From Candidatus Eiseniibacteriota bacterium (GTDB lineage: Bacteria; Eisenbacteria; RBG-16-71-46), in assembly GCA_044223005.1 (NCBI GenBank), contig JBGAML010000007.1:32001-96000 (forward strand): DNA of 64,000 nucleotides, read 5' to 3'. Made by a program: the position numbers and the translations under genes. Below, in pieces: positions 38,994-48,553 of this stretch. The notes under the pieces were generated by a model. That model did not search any database and was not told where the DNA came from. It saw nothing but the letters and a program-made list of their open reading frames with translations. Numbering within the stretch: the stretch's first letter is position 1; every line of letters begins with the position of its first letter.

Positions 38994-39809
38994 ATGAAGA
39001 CCTCGCCCCTGCATCGACTCCTGCTCGCCGGCACGGTGCTGCTCGTACTTGCCGCGACCGGCTGCGGCCAGAGCACGCGCTCGACCGCCAGCTCGAACTC
39101 CATGGACCAGGCCACCGCGGATGACATCGCGCTCCAGTCGGCGGCCACTCTCGACAACGCGGCGCTCGACGTCGGCGGCGCGGCGACGGTGGCCGCGACG
39201 GCCTCCGCGACGGCGCCCGTGTCGCCGCAGTGGGCTTCGGCCCAGGCCGCGCAGTGGGACACCACGTTCACGCACGGCACGCTCAACGTCTCGGCGTCGC
39301 GCGAGTTCTACGACGCCCAGGGCAACGTGCTCGCCGGCTACGGCCCGACCGCGGTGCAGATGGTGTGGACGTCGCGCGTGTGGGGCACGGCCGAGACGCC
39401 CCGCGACACCCTGACCGTGGGCCGATCGGCGTCGACGTCGATCCGCGGGATCTCGCCGCTTCAGGACACGCTCACCGTCAACGGCGCCGCGCTCGACACG
39501 CTGGTCAATCGCTTCCGCTCGCTCGACGGCGCGCGCATGCGCTGGTTCTACTGGCGCAGCCTGCTTTCCACCGCCGACGTCAAGCTGCTCAAGAGCACGC
39601 TCGGCACCGGCGCGTGGCCGCTCTCGGGCACGATGACGCTGACGGTCAACGCCGACCGGCTGCGCAGCAACAGCGTGACCGACGTCGAGGCGCACCTGGC
39701 CGCGCAGGTCACCGTGACCTACAACGGCACCTCGCAGCCCGACGTGGTCGTGAACGGTACGTGGCACTACAAGTGGAACATGCTCACGGGGGCGATCGTC
39801 CGCGCCTGA
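38994..39809 (+). CDS. Hypothetical lipoprotein (beta-rich)
   Basis: Lipobox LAATGC; Thr/Ser-rich strands. Confidence 0.75.
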   Translation: MKTSPLHRLLLAGTVLLVLAATGCGQSTRSTASSNSMDQATADDIALQSAATLDNAALDVGGAATVAATASATAPVSPQWASAQAAQWDTTFTHGTLNVSASREFYDAQGNVLAGYGPTAVQMVWTSRVWGTAETPRDTLTVGRSASTSIRGISPLQDTLTVNGAALDTLVNRFRSLDGARMRWFYWRSLLSTADVKLLKSTLGTGAWPLSGTMTLTVNADRLRSNSVTDVEAHLAAQVTVTYNGTSQPDVVVNGTWHYKWNMLTGAIVRA

Positions 39810-39946
39810 ACCCCCGTCTCGCGGACGTGCCCGGCGGCCCTGCGGCCGCCGGGCACTGCGTTTCGGTGGGGATTGCCGGGCGGCGCTCGAACGGGCAGGA
39901 TGCCGCGATCCGCGCCGGGCTGCCCGGCGCCCCACCGGAGGGCGGC

Positions 39947-40588
39947 ATGAGCGGTTCGGACCTGCATTCCCCGAAGGCGACCGGCATCGAGCTCGAGCGG
40001 CTGCTGTTCTTCAGCGATGCCGTGTTCGCGATCGCGATCACGCTGCTCGTGCTCGAGATCAAGGTGCCGGAGCGCGAGACGATCCACACGGCCGCCGAAC
40101 TGGGCGCCGCACTGGGCGGGCTGCTGCCGCACTACTTCGCGTTCTTCCTCAGCTTCGGCGTGATCGGCTACTACTGGTACGTGCACCACCTGATGTTCCG
40201 CTACATCCGGCAGTGGAACGACGTGCTCGTGTTCATCAACCTCGCGCTCCTGCTCTGCATCGCGTTCCTGCCGTTCCCCGTGGCGCTCCTCGGATCGTTC
40301 CGGCATTTCGCGCCCGCACTCGTGTTCTACTCGGCGGCGCTGACGGTCGCCGGGGCGCTCCAGGTCGGTCTCTGGCTGTACGCCACGTCGGGGCACCGGC
40401 TCGTCGCTCCGGACCTGCCGAAGAGCACCGTCGGGCTGGTGCTGCTGCGCGCCACCGTGCAGCCGGTCATGTTCGCGGTCTCCATTCCGCTCTCGCTCGT
40501 GAGCCCGGGTTTCGCCCTGCTCGCGATCCTGCTCGTCGTTCCGGTCGTGCGGATCGCCCGCGCCCGGCTCAAGCGCGCAGGCGCCTGA
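39947..40588 (+). CDS. TMEM175 family (DUF1211) potassium channel
   Basis: ERLLFFSDAVFAIAITLLVLEI, YW..HH, FLPFP; six TM helices. Confidence 0.9.
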   Translation: MSGSDLHSPKATGIELERLLFFSDAVFAIAITLLVLEIKVPERETIHTAAELGAALGGLLPHYFAFFLSFGVIGYYWYVHHLMFRYIRQWNDVLVFINLALLLCIAFLPFPVALLGSFRHFAPALVFYSAALTVAGALQVGLWLYATSGHRLVAPDLPKSTVGLVLLRATVQPVMFAVSIPLSLVSPGFALLAILLVVPVVRIARARLKRAGA

Positions 40589-40716
40589 GCGCGATTCGCT
40601 CTGGCGGTCGGCCCGCGCGCGGCGCTACCGTCCGCTGCGGTCCGGCACCGGACGAGTCCCCCTCGGCCGCACCGCGCGCCCCGGCGCCGCGGGCGACCTC
40701 GACCGGAGGTGCGATC

Positions 40717-42444
40717 ATGCGCGAGAAGGTTTCGGGTACCCGGCTCTCGGTGCGGGCGATTTCGGGGAACCATGTCGTCGTGCTGGCGTGGGACCTGCGT
40801 GACTACGACACCACGAAGCTGCTCGGGTTCGCGATCGAACGCACCGAGTTCGACGGCGCGAACGTGCGCGAGCGCTATTTCCTGCGCGGCATCAAGCGCT
40901 TCGCCGACAAGGACAAGGGCATGGCGGCGGGCCAGCCCGTGCCCACTTCCGAGCACCCGGTGCAGTCGTTCCAGTGGGGCGACTACACCGCGAAGCCCTC
41001 GACCACGTACGAATACCGCGTCGTGCCCGCGACCGGCGAACCCAAGAACCTCGCGCTCGACGACGCGAACGCCGTGGCCGTGCGCGTGACGACCGAACCG
41101 CTGCACGGCACGCCGCACTCGGTGTTCTTCAACCGCGGTGCGGCGGGTTCGCAGGCCTACGCGAGGCAGTTCCCGAACCCGACTCCGGACACGACGCATC
41201 CCGACACGCCGCAGATGCAGTGGCTTTCGCGCGGCCTGTTCGAGGCGCTGGTGGCGTTCGTCCAGCGCGCGAGCGGTCCGGGCTGGGCGCTGCGTGGCGC
41301 GCTCTACGAGTTCCACTACGCGCCTGCCAACGAGGAGTTCCGCAAGGCGAAGGCGCGCGGCGTCGACGTTCAGGTGCTCTACGACGAGCCCAACTACGGC
41401 AAGCCGAACCGCGCGGCGATCGGGCGCGCGAAGCTCACCGCGGTCTGCGCGCCGCGCGCGGCCGGCGGCGCGCAGAAGCACAACAAGTTCGTGGTGCTGC
41501 TGCACGGCGGCCAGCCGGTCGCGGTGTGGACCGGCTCCACGAACCTCTCCGACGGCGGCCTCTTCGGGCACTCCAACGTGGGGCACCAGGTCGACGACCC
41601 GGCCGTCGCCGCCCGCTACTTGGACTACTGGACGGCGCTCTGCAACGCGACGCCGGGCGCGGCCGCGAGCAAGCCGCTGCGCGACCGCCGCACGGATCCC
41701 GGCACCGCGAAGCTCACGGGCGCGAACGGCGCCGCGACGCCGACGCCGCCGGGCCGGACGCCGGAGAACTCGATCGTGGCGCTCTTCAGCCCCCGCGACG
41801 GTGCGACGCTCAAGTGGTACGCCGACCGCATGGCCGAGGCGCGGGACCTGGTGTGCTTCACGCTGGCGTTCGGACTCGCGAAGGTGTTCGAGCCGTACCT
41901 GGCGGAGGACAACGCGGTGCTCCGCTACGTGCTCTCGGACAAGGCCCTCGCGCAGCGCGAGCTCATCACGCGCGACAAGGACGTCGTCTACGCGGCCGGG
42001 GCGAAGTTCGACAAGGGCGACCTGCCGACGTTCCTCGCCGAGAAGCTCGCGCACACGAAGGGCATCCTCTACATCCACGACAAGTTCCTGCTCGTGGACC
42101 CGCTCGGCGACGATCCCACGGTGATCACGGGCTCGGCCAACTTCAGCCCCGCCTCGCAGACGAGCAACGACGAGAACATGCTCGTGATCCGCGGGGACGC
42201 GCGCGTGGCGGACATCTACTTCGGCGAGTTCATGCGGCTCTTCGACCACTTCTATTCGCGCTACGTCGTGAAGAAGATCAAGGACGAAGCGAAGAAGGCC
42301 AAGGCCGCGAAGACGGGGAAGAAGAAGCCGGCGGCGGCGAAGAGTTCGGGCGGCTACCTGTGGCCGGACGCGTCGTGGGTCGCGGCGCACTTCGCGGAAG
42401 GTCCGAAGTCGCGCCGGCGGCAGGTGTTCCACGGCGGCTGGTAG
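40717..42444 (+). CDS. Phospholipase D superfamily protein (two HKD-type motifs, N-terminal beta domain)
   Basis: HNKFVVL...WTGSTNLS and IHDKFLLVD...TGSANFS...NDEN. Confidence 0.88.
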   Translation: MREKVSGTRLSVRAISGNHVVVLAWDLRDYDTTKLLGFAIERTEFDGANVRERYFLRGIKRFADKDKGMAAGQPVPTSEHPVQSFQWGDYTAKPSTTYEYRVVPATGEPKNLALDDANAVAVRVTTEPLHGTPHSVFFNRGAAGSQAYARQFPNPTPDTTHPDTPQMQWLSRGLFEALVAFVQRASGPGWALRGALYEFHYAPANEEFRKAKARGVDVQVLYDEPNYGKPNRAAIGRAKLTAVCAPRAAGGAQKHNKFVVLLHGGQPVAVWTGSTNLSDGGLFGHSNVGHQVDDPAVAARYLDYWTALCNATPGAAASKPLRDRRTDPGTAKLTGANGAATPTPPGRTPENSIVALFSPRDGATLKWYADRMAEARDLVCFTLAFGLAKVFEPYLAEDNAVLRYVLSDKALAQRELITRDKDVVYAAGAKFDKGDLPTFLAEKLAHTKGILYIHDKFLLVDPLGDDPTVITGSANFSPASQTSNDENMLVIRGDARVADIYFGEFMRLFDHFYSRYVVKKIKDEAKKAKAAKTGKKKPAAAKSSGGYLWPDASWVAAHFAEGPKSRRRQVFHGGW

Positions 42445-42616
42445 GCCGTCGCGCAACGCCGCCGCCTCGGCGGCGGCGTCGCGCCGGAGAGGCGCAGCGC
42501 CACGCCCGGGGCCCACGCGCGGAATCGGCCTTGTCATCGACCGCCCGGCGGGCGGACCTTTGGTGCCGGCGGCGGCGCCCGAAGGCCGGCGGACGCGAGC
42601 CGCGCGGGGGGGGTGC

Positions 42617-44071
42617 ATGAGCGGATGGCCAGCGAGGTACCGCGCGATCGCGCGTGTGGCCGCGACCGTGCTGTTCGTCGCCTCGCTCGCGCCGGCCGGG
42701 GCGCATGCCAGGCCCGCGGACGGCGGCTGGGTCGATCCGACCCCCGAGATCCTGCGCCGCATGGACCGCTACCTGCAGCTCTACCAGGTGGACGGCGTCA
42801 CCATGGACTGGCGCTACAGCGTGAGCCCGTCCGAGGAGATCCGGCAGACGGTGGTCTGCCAGCTGCTCGGCTACGTCGAGCTCTATCGGCTCGACCCGCG
42901 GCCGCGGCTGCGGCACGAGATCGAGCATCACGCCGATTTCATGATCGGCCGCCTCGCGGACATCCGCTCGCACTCGCCGTTCGACGGCATGCTCGCCTAC
43001 GCGCTGCTCGAGGCGTACGAGGTCACGAACGAAGCGCGGTTCTACGTGGCCGCCGCCGACGTCGAAGACGAGATGCTCGCGATCCCGACGTACCAGTGCG
43101 TCCTGAACGGCGGCCTCATGGTGGCTCTCGGAACCGGGGAGGACTGGTTCCTCACCGGGAACCCGGAGGCGCGGCAGAAGACGATCGACATCCTCGCCCA
43201 GCTCGCGCCCTACCAGAACGCCGACGGCAGCTTTCCGCACTGGTGCTGGGGCTCGCGCGACATCCACTACACGGGATGGATGGCGACCGAGCTCGTGCAC
43301 ATTCGCCGGCACGTGCCGGACCCGAGCATTCCCGGCTACCTCTCGCGCATGAACGCATTTCTCGACGGCCGCGTCGGCAACGACGGCCGGTCCACGTACG
43401 AAGAGCCTTGCCCGGGCGTTCCCGGCTGCACGAACTACTACTACAGCCGCGCGAGCGGCTGCGGGATCGACTACGACACGCGCGGGTGGACGGTGGAACC
43501 CGCCTACTGCGCGCTGCTGTTCGACGTGCAGGGCTCGGCGAAGTTCGCGCCGGTGATGTCGTTCTTCTCGACGCTGGAACACGACGGCTTCGTCGCCGAT
43601 CAGTACGGCTGGTGGCCGCCACCGGACGATCCCGAGTACCCGTGGACGATCGCCGACACGTCGGCGGTGAACACGAGCGTCGACTTCTGGGTGTTCGCCA
43701 CGCTGATCGCCGAGCGCGTCGCGCGCGGCGTGCCCGTGCAGCTCGTGCTGGACGACCTGGTCGACGGCGTCGGACCGCCGCCGCCGGTCGTGCCGCGCGA
43801 CGCCGCGCTCGCCGCGTCCCCGAATCCGTTCCGGGCGAGTTGTTCGCTCGCCTTCTCGCTCGCTCGCCCGGCGCCGGTGCGGCTGGACGTGATCGACCTG
43901 GCCGGCCGGCGCGTCCGGACGCTGGCCGACGGCCCGCTCGGGCCGGGCCCGCACGCGTTCGCCTGGGACGGCCGCGACGCGCGCGGTGGCCGCGTGGGGG
44001 AGGGCGTCTACTTCGCGCGCCTGGAGCGCGACGGGCGCCGCGAAACGAGCCGCCTGGTCCGCGTGCCCTGA
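42617..44071 (+). CDS. Secreted protein, helical-barrel-like domain plus C-terminal FlgD-type Ig domain
   Basis: Signal peptide; YQNADGSFPHW; SPNPF...DLAGRRVRTL...WDGRD..G..V.EGVYF. Confidence 0.75.
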   Translation: MSGWPARYRAIARVAATVLFVASLAPAGAHARPADGGWVDPTPEILRRMDRYLQLYQVDGVTMDWRYSVSPSEEIRQTVVCQLLGYVELYRLDPRPRLRHEIEHHADFMIGRLADIRSHSPFDGMLAYALLEAYEVTNEARFYVAAADVEDEMLAIPTYQCVLNGGLMVALGTGEDWFLTGNPEARQKTIDILAQLAPYQNADGSFPHWCWGSRDIHYTGWMATELVHIRRHVPDPSIPGYLSRMNAFLDGRVGNDGRSTYEEPCPGVPGCTNYYYSRASGCGIDYDTRGWTVEPAYCALLFDVQGSAKFAPVMSFFSTLEHDGFVADQYGWWPPPDDPEYPWTIADTSAVNTSVDFWVFATLIAERVARGVPVQLVLDDLVDGVGPPPPVVPRDAALAASPNPFRASCSLAFSLARPAPVRLDVIDLAGRRVRTLADGPLGPGPHAFAWDGRDARGGRVGEGVYFARLERDGRRETSRLVRVP

Positions 44072-44216
44072 GGCCGCGGCCGCCGTGCCCGGCCGCCGGC
44101 AGATTCCCCGAATCCATCTCCCGTGCGCCCGCATCTGTAGCCAAAGTTGTGACGAAATGCCGCCCGCGGGTCCGGCGGTGCATTCGGTTCCCAGGTCTCG
44201 TTCGAGGGAGTGGTCC

Positions 44217-45098
44217 ATGTACGTCGTCGCGGGAGTCACCGGTCATACCGGCAAGGTGGTCGCGGAAACGTTGCTCGCCCAGGGTCACGCGGTGCGCGTG
44301 ATCGTGCGCGACGAAGCGAAGGGCGCGCCGTGGCGCCCGCGGGGCGCCGAGGTCGCGGTCGCCTCGCTGGACGATGCCGCCGCGCTCACGGCCGCGCTGC
44401 GCGGCGCGGCGGGCGCCTACCTGCTCGTGCCGCCGCAGTACGGCTCGAACGACATGCTCCGCGACCAGGCGGTCGTCGCCGACGCGATCGTCGCGGCCGT
44501 GAAGGCGAGCGGCGTGCCGCACGTGGTGATGCTCTCGTCACTCGGCGCCGGGCACGCGCACGGCACCGGCCCGATCCGTACGCTGCATCGCTTCGAGCGC
44601 GCACTGGAAGCGGCGGCGCCGAACGTGACGTACCTGCGCGCCGCCTACTTCGTCGAGAACCTGGGGCAGGTGCTCGGCGAGGTGACGACGAAGGGCGTCT
44701 ATCCCACGTTCCTCTCTCCCAACCGCCCGATCGCCATGGTCGCGTCGGCCGATATCGGCCGCACCGCCGCGGCGCTCCTGCTCGATCCGGCGCGCGGGAT
44801 GCGCATCGTCGACCTGTTCGGGCCGGCGGAGCTGTCGCAGGAGGAGGTCGCGCGGGTCTTCTCGGAGCAACTCGGCCGCGAGGTGACGCCCGCGTTCGCG
44901 CCGCTCGAATACGCGGAGCCCGCGTTCATCGCCGGCGGCATGCCGGCGAACGTGGCCGCGCTCTTCCGCGAGATGCTCGGCGCCATCAACGGCGGGCTCG
45001 TCGCGCCGAGCGGTCCGCCCGCCGAGGTGCGCCGCGGCACGACGCCCGCGAAGGACGTGATCGCCGCGCTGCTCGCGGGCGGCGTCGCGGCGCACTGA
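44217..45098 (+). CDS. NmrA family NAD(P)-binding protein
   Basis: VAGVTGHTG, LSSLGA, LRAAYFVEN, MVASADIG. Confidence 0.88.
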   Translation: MYVVAGVTGHTGKVVAETLLAQGHAVRVIVRDEAKGAPWRPRGAEVAVASLDDAAALTAALRGAAGAYLLVPPQYGSNDMLRDQAVVADAIVAAVKASGVPHVVMLSSLGAGHAHGTGPIRTLHRFERALEAAAPNVTYLRAAYFVENLGQVLGEVTTKGVYPTFLSPNRPIAMVASADIGRTAAALLLDPARGMRIVDLFGPAELSQEEVARVFSEQLGREVTPAFAPLEYAEPAFIAGGMPANVAALFREMLGAINGGLVAPSGPPAEVRRGTTPAKDVIAALLAGGVAAH

Positions 45099-45141
45099 GC
45101 CGGCCGGGACGAGCGGCCGCCGGGGTGATTCCGGCGGCCGC

Positions 45142-45867
45142 TCAGGCCCCGCGGGCGCTCGCGGCTCCGGCCTGCGCGGAGTGGATCGTGCGCGAGGCGT
45201 CGCCCGAGATGATCCGGTAGCCGAGCCACACGAAGCAGACGCCGATCAGCTCGGTCACGTAGAGCACCTCGACGTGGCCGAAGCGCGTGAACGAGCCGCC
45301 GATCCCGGGCAGGATCGCTCCCAGCGCGATCGCGACGTTGCCGCGCACGCGCGCGCTCGCGCCGCCCTGGCGCGCGTAGCGCCACGCCGACCACGCCGCG
45401 CCGCCGACCAGGAACGCGACCGCGTACAGGTTCACGAACGGCGAGATCATGCGCACCCACTGCCAGCCGAGCACCTTGCCCGTCAGGCGCGTGCGGTCGA
45501 CCAGCTCGTAGTGGATGGGCGAGAGGAACACGCACACCGCGCCCGCGAGCACCACCGTGACGAGCGCGACCGTGAGCCGGTTCGCCGTGCGCCGCGACAG
45601 CAGCAGGTACACGGTGCCCTGCGCGAGCGGGGCGCCGCCGAGCAGCGCGCCGGTCACGTACCAGAAGCGGAACACCTGTTCGTGCCAGCCGAACAGCGTC
45701 GTCAGGCTCTCGGTGATCGTACCCGCGGCGTAAGTGACCAGCCCGAGGAACCACCAGAAGAGGTAGGTCGCATCGGGCTTTCGCCGCCAGTGCACCCACA
45801 GCCGCGCCGCGAAGGTGATCGAGACGAGCGTCGTGAGGATCGGGATGTAGTGGACCGGGTGCGGCAT
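45142..45867 (-). CDS. Uncharacterised integral membrane protein (about 7 TM)
   Basis: Successive hydrophobic helices; WY..GALLGGAPLAQGTVYLL. Confidence 0.75.
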   Translation of the reverse strand: MPHPVHYIPILTTLVSITFAARLWVHWRRKPDATYLFWWFLGLVTYAAGTITESLTTLFGWHEQVFRFWYVTGALLGGAPLAQGTVYLLLSRRTANRLTVALVTVVLAGAVCVFLSPIHYELVDRTRLTGKVLGWQWVRMISPFVNLYAVAFLVGGAAWSAWRYARQGGASARVRGNVAIALGAILPGIGGSFTRFGHVEVLYVTELIGVCFVWLGYRIISGDASRTIHSAQAGAASARGA

Positions 45868-46084
45868 CGGGCCCTCGTCGGTGAAGGGTGGGCGGGCGCC
45901 CCGGCGATCCTGCGCCGGCGCCGATCCTCCTCCGATGCGGCGGGAGCCCCTGCGGGTGTGATTCCCGGACCCTTACGGGTTTCTACGGAGGCCACCCGCC
46001 CGGCGTGAGCCGGTCCGGTTTCGCGCGCGTCCGGTCGAGTCCGGCCGCCGATCGTCCCCATCCATCCGCTCCCCGGAGGCTCCG

Positions 46085-46720
46085 ATGCGCCGTTCGATTC
46101 CGCCCGTCCTGATGCTCCTCACCTGCGTCCTCGCGGCCGCGCCCGCCGGCGCACAGGGCATGATGCGCATGGCCGGCGGTGGCGCGCCCGGCGGCGAACG
46201 CATGTTCACGTTCGGCATCGGTGGCGGCGTCGCGGTGCCGGTGAGCAACGCGGCCGACGCACTCAAGAACGGATTCCACGGTCTCGGCTACGCGCGCGTG
46301 ACCATTCCGGGTACCGGACTCTCGGCGGGCGTCAACGTGTCCTTCCAGCGCTTCGATCTCAAGGACGCGAAGGTGACCGCGCCCTCGCTACCCGGGGGCA
46401 CCGCGAGCACGAGCACCGCATCGAGCGACATGCTCGCCGGGCTCGGCGACCTCAAGTTCGCGCTCATCCCGCGCGGTCCGGTGCGCCCGTACCTCACCGC
46501 GGGTCTCGGCGCCTACAACCTGCGCACCGACGCGCCGGGCGGCGGCACCTCGAGCGACACGCGCTTCGGCATCAACGGTGGCGCGGGCGTGGACGTGTCG
46601 CTGGGGCGGATTCGCGCGTTCGTGCAGGGCCGCGTCGACAATGTCTACACGTCGAGCGGCGGCGTGATCGACACCCAGTCGATCCAGGTCGTCCCGGTCA
46701 CGCTCGGCCTGGAGTTCTGA
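46085..46720 (+). CDS. Outer-membrane beta-barrel protein (OmpA/OmpW-like 8-strand)
   Basis: Signal peptide, RPYLTAGLG, FGINGGAGV, C-terminal LGLEF. Confidence 0.8.
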   Translation: MRRSIPPVLMLLTCVLAAAPAGAQGMMRMAGGGAPGGERMFTFGIGGGVAVPVSNAADALKNGFHGLGYARVTIPGTGLSAGVNVSFQRFDLKDAKVTAPSLPGGTASTSTASSDMLAGLGDLKFALIPRGPVRPYLTAGLGAYNLRTDAPGGGTSSDTRFGINGGAGVDVSLGRIRAFVQGRVDNVYTSSGGVIDTQSIQVVPVTLGLEF

Positions 46721-46957
46721 CGCCCGGGCGTACGCGATCGCCCGCCGCGCCGGACGGGGGACCGGCCGCGGCGGGCGCGGGGGGCGGGTTCCGCGGTGCC
46801 GGGCTTGTGCGCCGCCCGCGCGTCGTGTAAACCCGCACGCCAAGCGCCCACCGGGCCGCGCATCCGGCGCGGCTCCCGCGGGCCGATCGTGCGAGGGCCG
46901 ACCGCTGTCCACGTCCCCTGAGCAGGGATCGCTTCGCATCGCCCGCCGAGGTCGTCG

Positions 46958-48553
46958 CTGAGCCGGCCCCGCCGCGGCGCCGCCGGCCTCGTCGCCGCCG
47001 GCATCCTCGCGAGCCGCATCGTCGGGCTCGTGCGCCAGCGCATCATCGCGCACTACTTCGGCCAGGCGACCGATGCCGCCGACGCGTTCTTCGCGGCGTT
47101 CCGGATCCCGAACTTCCTGCAGAACCTCTTCGGCGAAGGCGTGCTCTCGGCCTCGATGATCCCGGAGTACACGCGGCTCGTCGCCGCCGGCCGCACCGAC
47201 GACGCGCGCCGTCTCGCGGGCGCGGTGGCGGGCCTGCTCGGCGCCATGGTGATGATCGTCGTCGCGCTCGGCGTCGGCGCGGCGCCCGGGCTCGTGGACG
47301 TGATCGTGCCCGGGTTCCACGGTCATCGCCGCGAGCTCGCGATCACGCTCGTGCGGATCCTGTTCCCGGGCGTCGGGGCGCTCGTGCTCTCGGCGTGGTG
47401 CCTCGCGGTGCTCAACAGCCACCGGCGCTTCCTGCTCTCCTACAGCGCGCCGGTGCTCTGGAACCTCGCGATCATCGCCGCCACGCTGCTGCCCGGTCAC
47501 GGCCTGCCGCGCGAGCAGCTGGTGCTCTGGACCGCCTGGGGCGCGGTGATCGGCAGCGTGCTGCAGTTCGCGGTGCAGGTGCCCACGGTGCTGAAGCTGA
47601 CGGGCGGCGTGCCGCTCTCGGTCGACTGGCGCGAGCCGCGCGTGCGGATCGTGCTGCGCAACTTCGGGCCCGTGTTCCTGAGCCGCGGCGTGGTGCAGAT
47701 CAGTGCGTTCATCGACGCCATGATCGCGAGCCTGCTGCCCGTGGGCGCGGTCGCGGTCATCTCCAACTCGCAGACGCTCTACCTGCTGCCGGTTTCGCTC
47801 TTCGGCATGTCGGTCGCGGCCGCCGAGCTGCCCGAGCTTTCCGAAGACGCCGGCGCGCACGCCGGCGACGCGCGCGCGGAGTTCCTGCGCGAGCGGATCG
47901 CGCGCGGCAGCGAGCGGATCGCGTTCTTCGTGGTGCCCTCGGGCGTGGCGTTCCTCGCACTGGGGCACGTGCTCGCGGGGCTGCTGCTGCAGTCGGGCGC
48001 GTTCTCGCAGCGCGACGCCGAGTGGCTGTGGGCCACGCTCGCCGGATCCACCGTGGGCCTGCTCGCCACGTCCATGGGCCGGCTGCTCACCTCGACCTAC
48101 TACGCGCTCAACGACACGCGCCGGCCGCTGGGCTACGCGGTGCTGCGCGTGGCACTGACGCTCGCGCTCGGGTTCGCGGCCGCGGTGTGGCTGCCGCGCG
48201 CGCTCGGGATCGATCCGCGCTGGGGCACCGCGGGCCTCACCGCGAGCGCCGGAATCGCGGGCTGGGTCGAGTTCCTGCTGCTGCGCCGCGGCCTGCGTGC
48301 GCGCATCGGCGCGATCGGGCTCGCCCCCGGGCGGCTGCCGCGGCTCTGGATCTCGGCGGCCATCGCCGCCGCGCTCGCGTGGGCGCCGCACCTGCTGCTC
48401 GCGCCGCACGTGCACGGCGGCTTCGCGCGCGGGCTCGCGGCGGCGTTCGTGCTCGCGGTCTTCTGCGCCGGCTACGCCGCCGCCACGCTCGCGTTCGGGA
48501 TCCCCGAGGCGCGGGCGTTGCTCGCACGCGTCCGGCCGGACCGCGCGGCATGA
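46958..48553 (+). CDS. murJ: Lipid II flippase MurJ (probable CTG start at 46958; first canonical start is GTG 47030)
   Basis: SRIVGLVR, ADAFFAAFRIPN.LQNLFGEG.LSA, LP.SLFG, YYALNDTRRP. Confidence 0.9.
   Translation: MSRPRRGAAGLVAAGILASRIVGLVRQRIIAHYFGQATDAADAFFAAFRIPNFLQNLFGEGVLSASMIPEYTRLVAAGRTDDARRLAGAVAGLLGAMVMIVVALGVGAAPGLVDVIVPGFHGHRRELAITLVRILFPGVGALVLSAWCLAVLNSHRRFLLSYSAPVLWNLAIIAATLLPGHGLPREQLVLWTAWGAVIGSVLQFAVQVPTVLKLTGGVPLSVDWREPRVRIVLRNFGPVFLSRGVVQISAFIDAMIASLLPVGAVAVISNSQTLYLLPVSLFGMSVAAAELPELSEDAGAHAGDARAEFLRERIARGSERIAFFVVPSGVAFLALGHVLAGLLLQSGAFSQRDAEWLWATLAGSTVGLLATSMGRLLTSTYYALNDTRRPLGYAVLRVALTLALGFAAAVWLPRALGIDPRWGTAGLTASAGIAGWVEFLLLRRGLRARIGAIGLAPGRLPRLWISAAIAAALAWAPHLLLAPHVHGGFARGLAAAFVLAVFCAGYAAATLAFGIPEARALLARVRPDRAA

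Noticed and set aside
45955..46010. GTTTCTAC motif reminiscent of a purine riboswitch
   Set aside because: The P1-P3 stems and the conserved loop sequences are absent
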